This document shows, in pieces, positions 62,116 through 64,000 of a stretch of DNA of 64,000 nucleotides. Origin of the DNA: an uncultured delta proteobacterium (GTDB taxonomy: Bacteria > Desulfobacterota > Binatia > HRBIN30 > BPIQ01); the NCBI GenBank assembly GCA_963761335.1, contig CAVXGR010000005.1, positions 192,001-256,000 of the forward strand, read 5' to 3'. The translations under genes and the position numbers were made by a program. The stretch's first letter is position 1. Every line of letters starts with the position of its first letter. Below the pieces are notes generated by a model. It worked only from the letters and a program-made list of their open reading frames with translations, ran no database searches and had not been told where the DNA came from.

Positions 62116-63135
62116 ATGGGAAAGGCGAGATGCGCTGTCTGCTCCACGGGTAAAGCCCGCCGTCTGTGTGATTTGAACGGCCACTCTCGCATATGCGCGC
62201 CCTGTTGCGCCCGGATGCGAGGCCCTCAATGCGAGGGCTGCATCTACTGGGAGCAGGCGCGCAGCTATTCGCGGAGCCGCGAGCAGCGGCCGCCATTGGA
62301 GCTGATCATGATTCCGCGCGACGTGAGCGATCAGGTGGATGGCGCCATGGAGCTCGCGAGCCGCGCGCAGCTCGATGAGGCCGAGGGCATTGCGCTGCCG
62401 CTTCTGGAGGAATACGGCGATCTGGATGTTGTACAGCACGCGGTTGGTGTGATCCGCGCATTGCAGGGCCGCACCGACGAAGCCCTCGAGCATTTCGGCT
62501 GCGCCATCGCGATCTGTCCGGATTTCACCGAGGCGTGGTTCAACAAGGCGTGCGCGCATCGAGAGCGGCTCGAGATCGGGCCGATGATCCGCTGCTTTCA
62601 GACGGTGGTCGAGATCGGCGATCCGGATGAGAGCCACGTTCGAGAGGCGGCCGAGGAGATTCGCCGCCTGGAAGAGGTGATCCGCGACAGCGACGGCCTG
62701 TCGCTCGACCGCTATTTGCACCTCATGGACGTCTTCAACGGGGCGTCTACCGAGATGGCGCGGGGGAAATGGGAGCGCGCCATTGCGGGGTTTCAGAAGG
62801 TGCTCGCCGAGAACCCGCGCCACGTCCAGTCGCACGGCAACATTGGCCTCTGCTGCGCCTTTCTCGGTCGACGCCAGGAAGCGCTCGCATCTCTCGACGC
62901 GGCCCTCGCCCTCGAGCCCGGCTATGAGCTTGCACAGACCAAACGCGCCGCCGTTCTGAGGTTAGGTGGGGGCGAGGCGCTGCCGCCGCGTTTCCGCCAG
63001 TGTGACTACTACGTCGAGAAGCACAATCTGCCGCCGGCAAGCCCGGAGCTCCGAGCCGGAGCCAGCCGTTCTGCTGGTCGGCTGAGCCGAGCTCCAGCAG
63101 GACGGTCGCCCGGCCGGCCATCGGCGGGGCGGTAG
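62116..63135 (+). CDS. TPR protein with N-terminal 8-Cys (zinc-finger-like) domain
   Basis: CAVC..C..CAPCC..CEGC, then TPR helices (AWFNKA, SHGNIG); GGAGG upstream. Confidence 0.72.
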   Translation: MGKARCAVCSTGKARRLCDLNGHSRICAPCCARMRGPQCEGCIYWEQARSYSRSREQRPPLELIMIPRDVSDQVDGAMELASRAQLDEAEGIALPLLEEYGDLDVVQHAVGVIRALQGRTDEALEHFGCAIAICPDFTEAWFNKACAHRERLEIGPMIRCFQTVVEIGDPDESHVREAAEEIRRLEEVIRDSDGLSLDRYLHLMDVFNGASTEMARGKWERAIAGFQKVLAENPRHVQSHGNIGLCCAFLGRRQEALASLDAALALEPGYELAQTKRAAVLRLGGGEALPPRFRQCDYYVEKHNLPPASPELRAGASRSAGRLSRAPAGRSPGRPSAGR

Positions 63136-63174
63136 CTGCGCGTCATGTCTCCATGAACCGCAGTTCCGCCAGGG

Positions 63175-63792
63175 CTATCGACGCTTGCGCCGAGATGGCG
63201 AGTGCGGGCGGGCGACGGCATCGATCTCCTGCCACAAGGAGTCGAGGTCGAGCACGAGCCCCGGACATCCGGGCACACGGGCGCGCCCTTCGCCCGCGGA
63301 GAGAGCGAGCACATAGCTTCGCGAAGCGGCGAGCTCGAAGATCTCCAGGCTGCGGAGCTGGGGATCGACGATCCAGTAGTAGCGGATGCGCGCCGACGCA
63401 TAGTCGCGGAGCTTGTCGAGGCGGTCCCTGCGGGTGTCGCGCGGCCTCGGCGAGGTGACCTCGACGACCAGGTGCGGGGTCACGCGAATGAGTGCATCGT
63501 CGAGATCGGGAAGGTGCCCTCGCAGGTAGACTGAAAGGTCCGGCTTGCGGCCCCGCCGCGGACCGACGGCGATCTTCGTCTCCGAGCCCGCCACCTGAGC
63601 GCCGCGGCGGCGCGCCCACCGGCGCAGCTCCGCGATCAGCCAGGCGACGACGATCTCGTGCAAGAAGCTCGGCATCTCCTCCTCCTTGAGGACGCCATCG
63701 ACGAGCTCTCCCTCGATATCCTCGTCGAGCCGTGCCCACTCCGCGAGCGTGAGGGGCCTCTCCTGTGCGACATCCGCCGCGCTGCGCGACAT
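63175..63792 (-). CDS. Uma2-family PD-(D/E)XK endonuclease-like protein
   Basis: ELVDG, RKPDLSV, PHLVVEVTSP, DRLDKLRDY, YYWIVDP. Confidence 0.9.
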   Translation of the reverse strand: MSRSAADVAQERPLTLAEWARLDEDIEGELVDGVLKEEEMPSFLHEIVVAWLIAELRRWARRRGAQVAGSETKIAVGPRRGRKPDLSVYLRGHLPDLDDALIRVTPHLVVEVTSPRPRDTRRDRLDKLRDYASARIRYYWIVDPQLRSLEIFELAASRSYVLALSAGEGRARVPGCPGLVLDLDSLWQEIDAVARPHSPSRRKRR

Positions 63793-64000
63793 GCGGCGAA
63801 CACTACCACGGTGAGCTCTCGGGATGAAGGACCGGGCACCGCGATCTCCATGGGCAAGCCCAGCCGCCACGTCTCGGGACGCAGCCGCACCCAGGAGCTA
63901 CCTTGGCCATGCCGGGTTGTGCGGCCCGCCGCCGCACCGCCGATGTCAGGGACGTCGTTCGGCGACAACGATCTCGGAGGGCACACCGTAGGGAGCCACG

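Overview
GC-rich bacterial DNA. The gene content and the C-terminal domain of the large secreted hydrolase suggest Candidatus Binatia or a related 'deltaproteobacterial' lineage (inference only). The left half (about 0.7-34.5 kb, ending at a tRNA-Gly) is an accessory, partly decaying patchwork: a vapBC toxin-antitoxin pair, a large multidomain secreted glycoside hydrolase, several genes broken by internal deletions (ALDH, glycyl-radical enzyme plus activase, TauD/LLM, a REC fragment) and many REP/MITE-like repeats. The standout is a three-gene cassette (23477-28532, minus strand) flanked by ~340-390 bp imperfect direct repeats. It encodes (i) a PqqD/RRE domain fused to a twin-arginine-like leader and a 24-aa Pro/Thr/Ser-rich core, (ii) an HPr-kinase-like domain fused to a prolyl-hydroxylase-like 2OG-Fe(II) oxygenase, and (iii) a nucleotidyltransferase-GT2-GT60 (Skp1-hydroxyproline GlcNAc-transferase-like) triple fusion. 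This is a candidate undescribed RiPP-like pathway making a hydroxyproline-glycosylated, phosphorylated peptide. The right half contains a hidden selenocysteine (UxxC) peroxiredoxin-like gene with a SECIS hairpin, two further peroxiredoxins, GH38, a stand-alone murE, a mycobacterial-type ltp3/ltp4/DUF35/echA19-like sterol side-chain cluster with a palindromic operator, and a Rieske-cytochrome b-nonaheme cytochrome c operon. All calls are by-eye motif recognition; no database searches were run.
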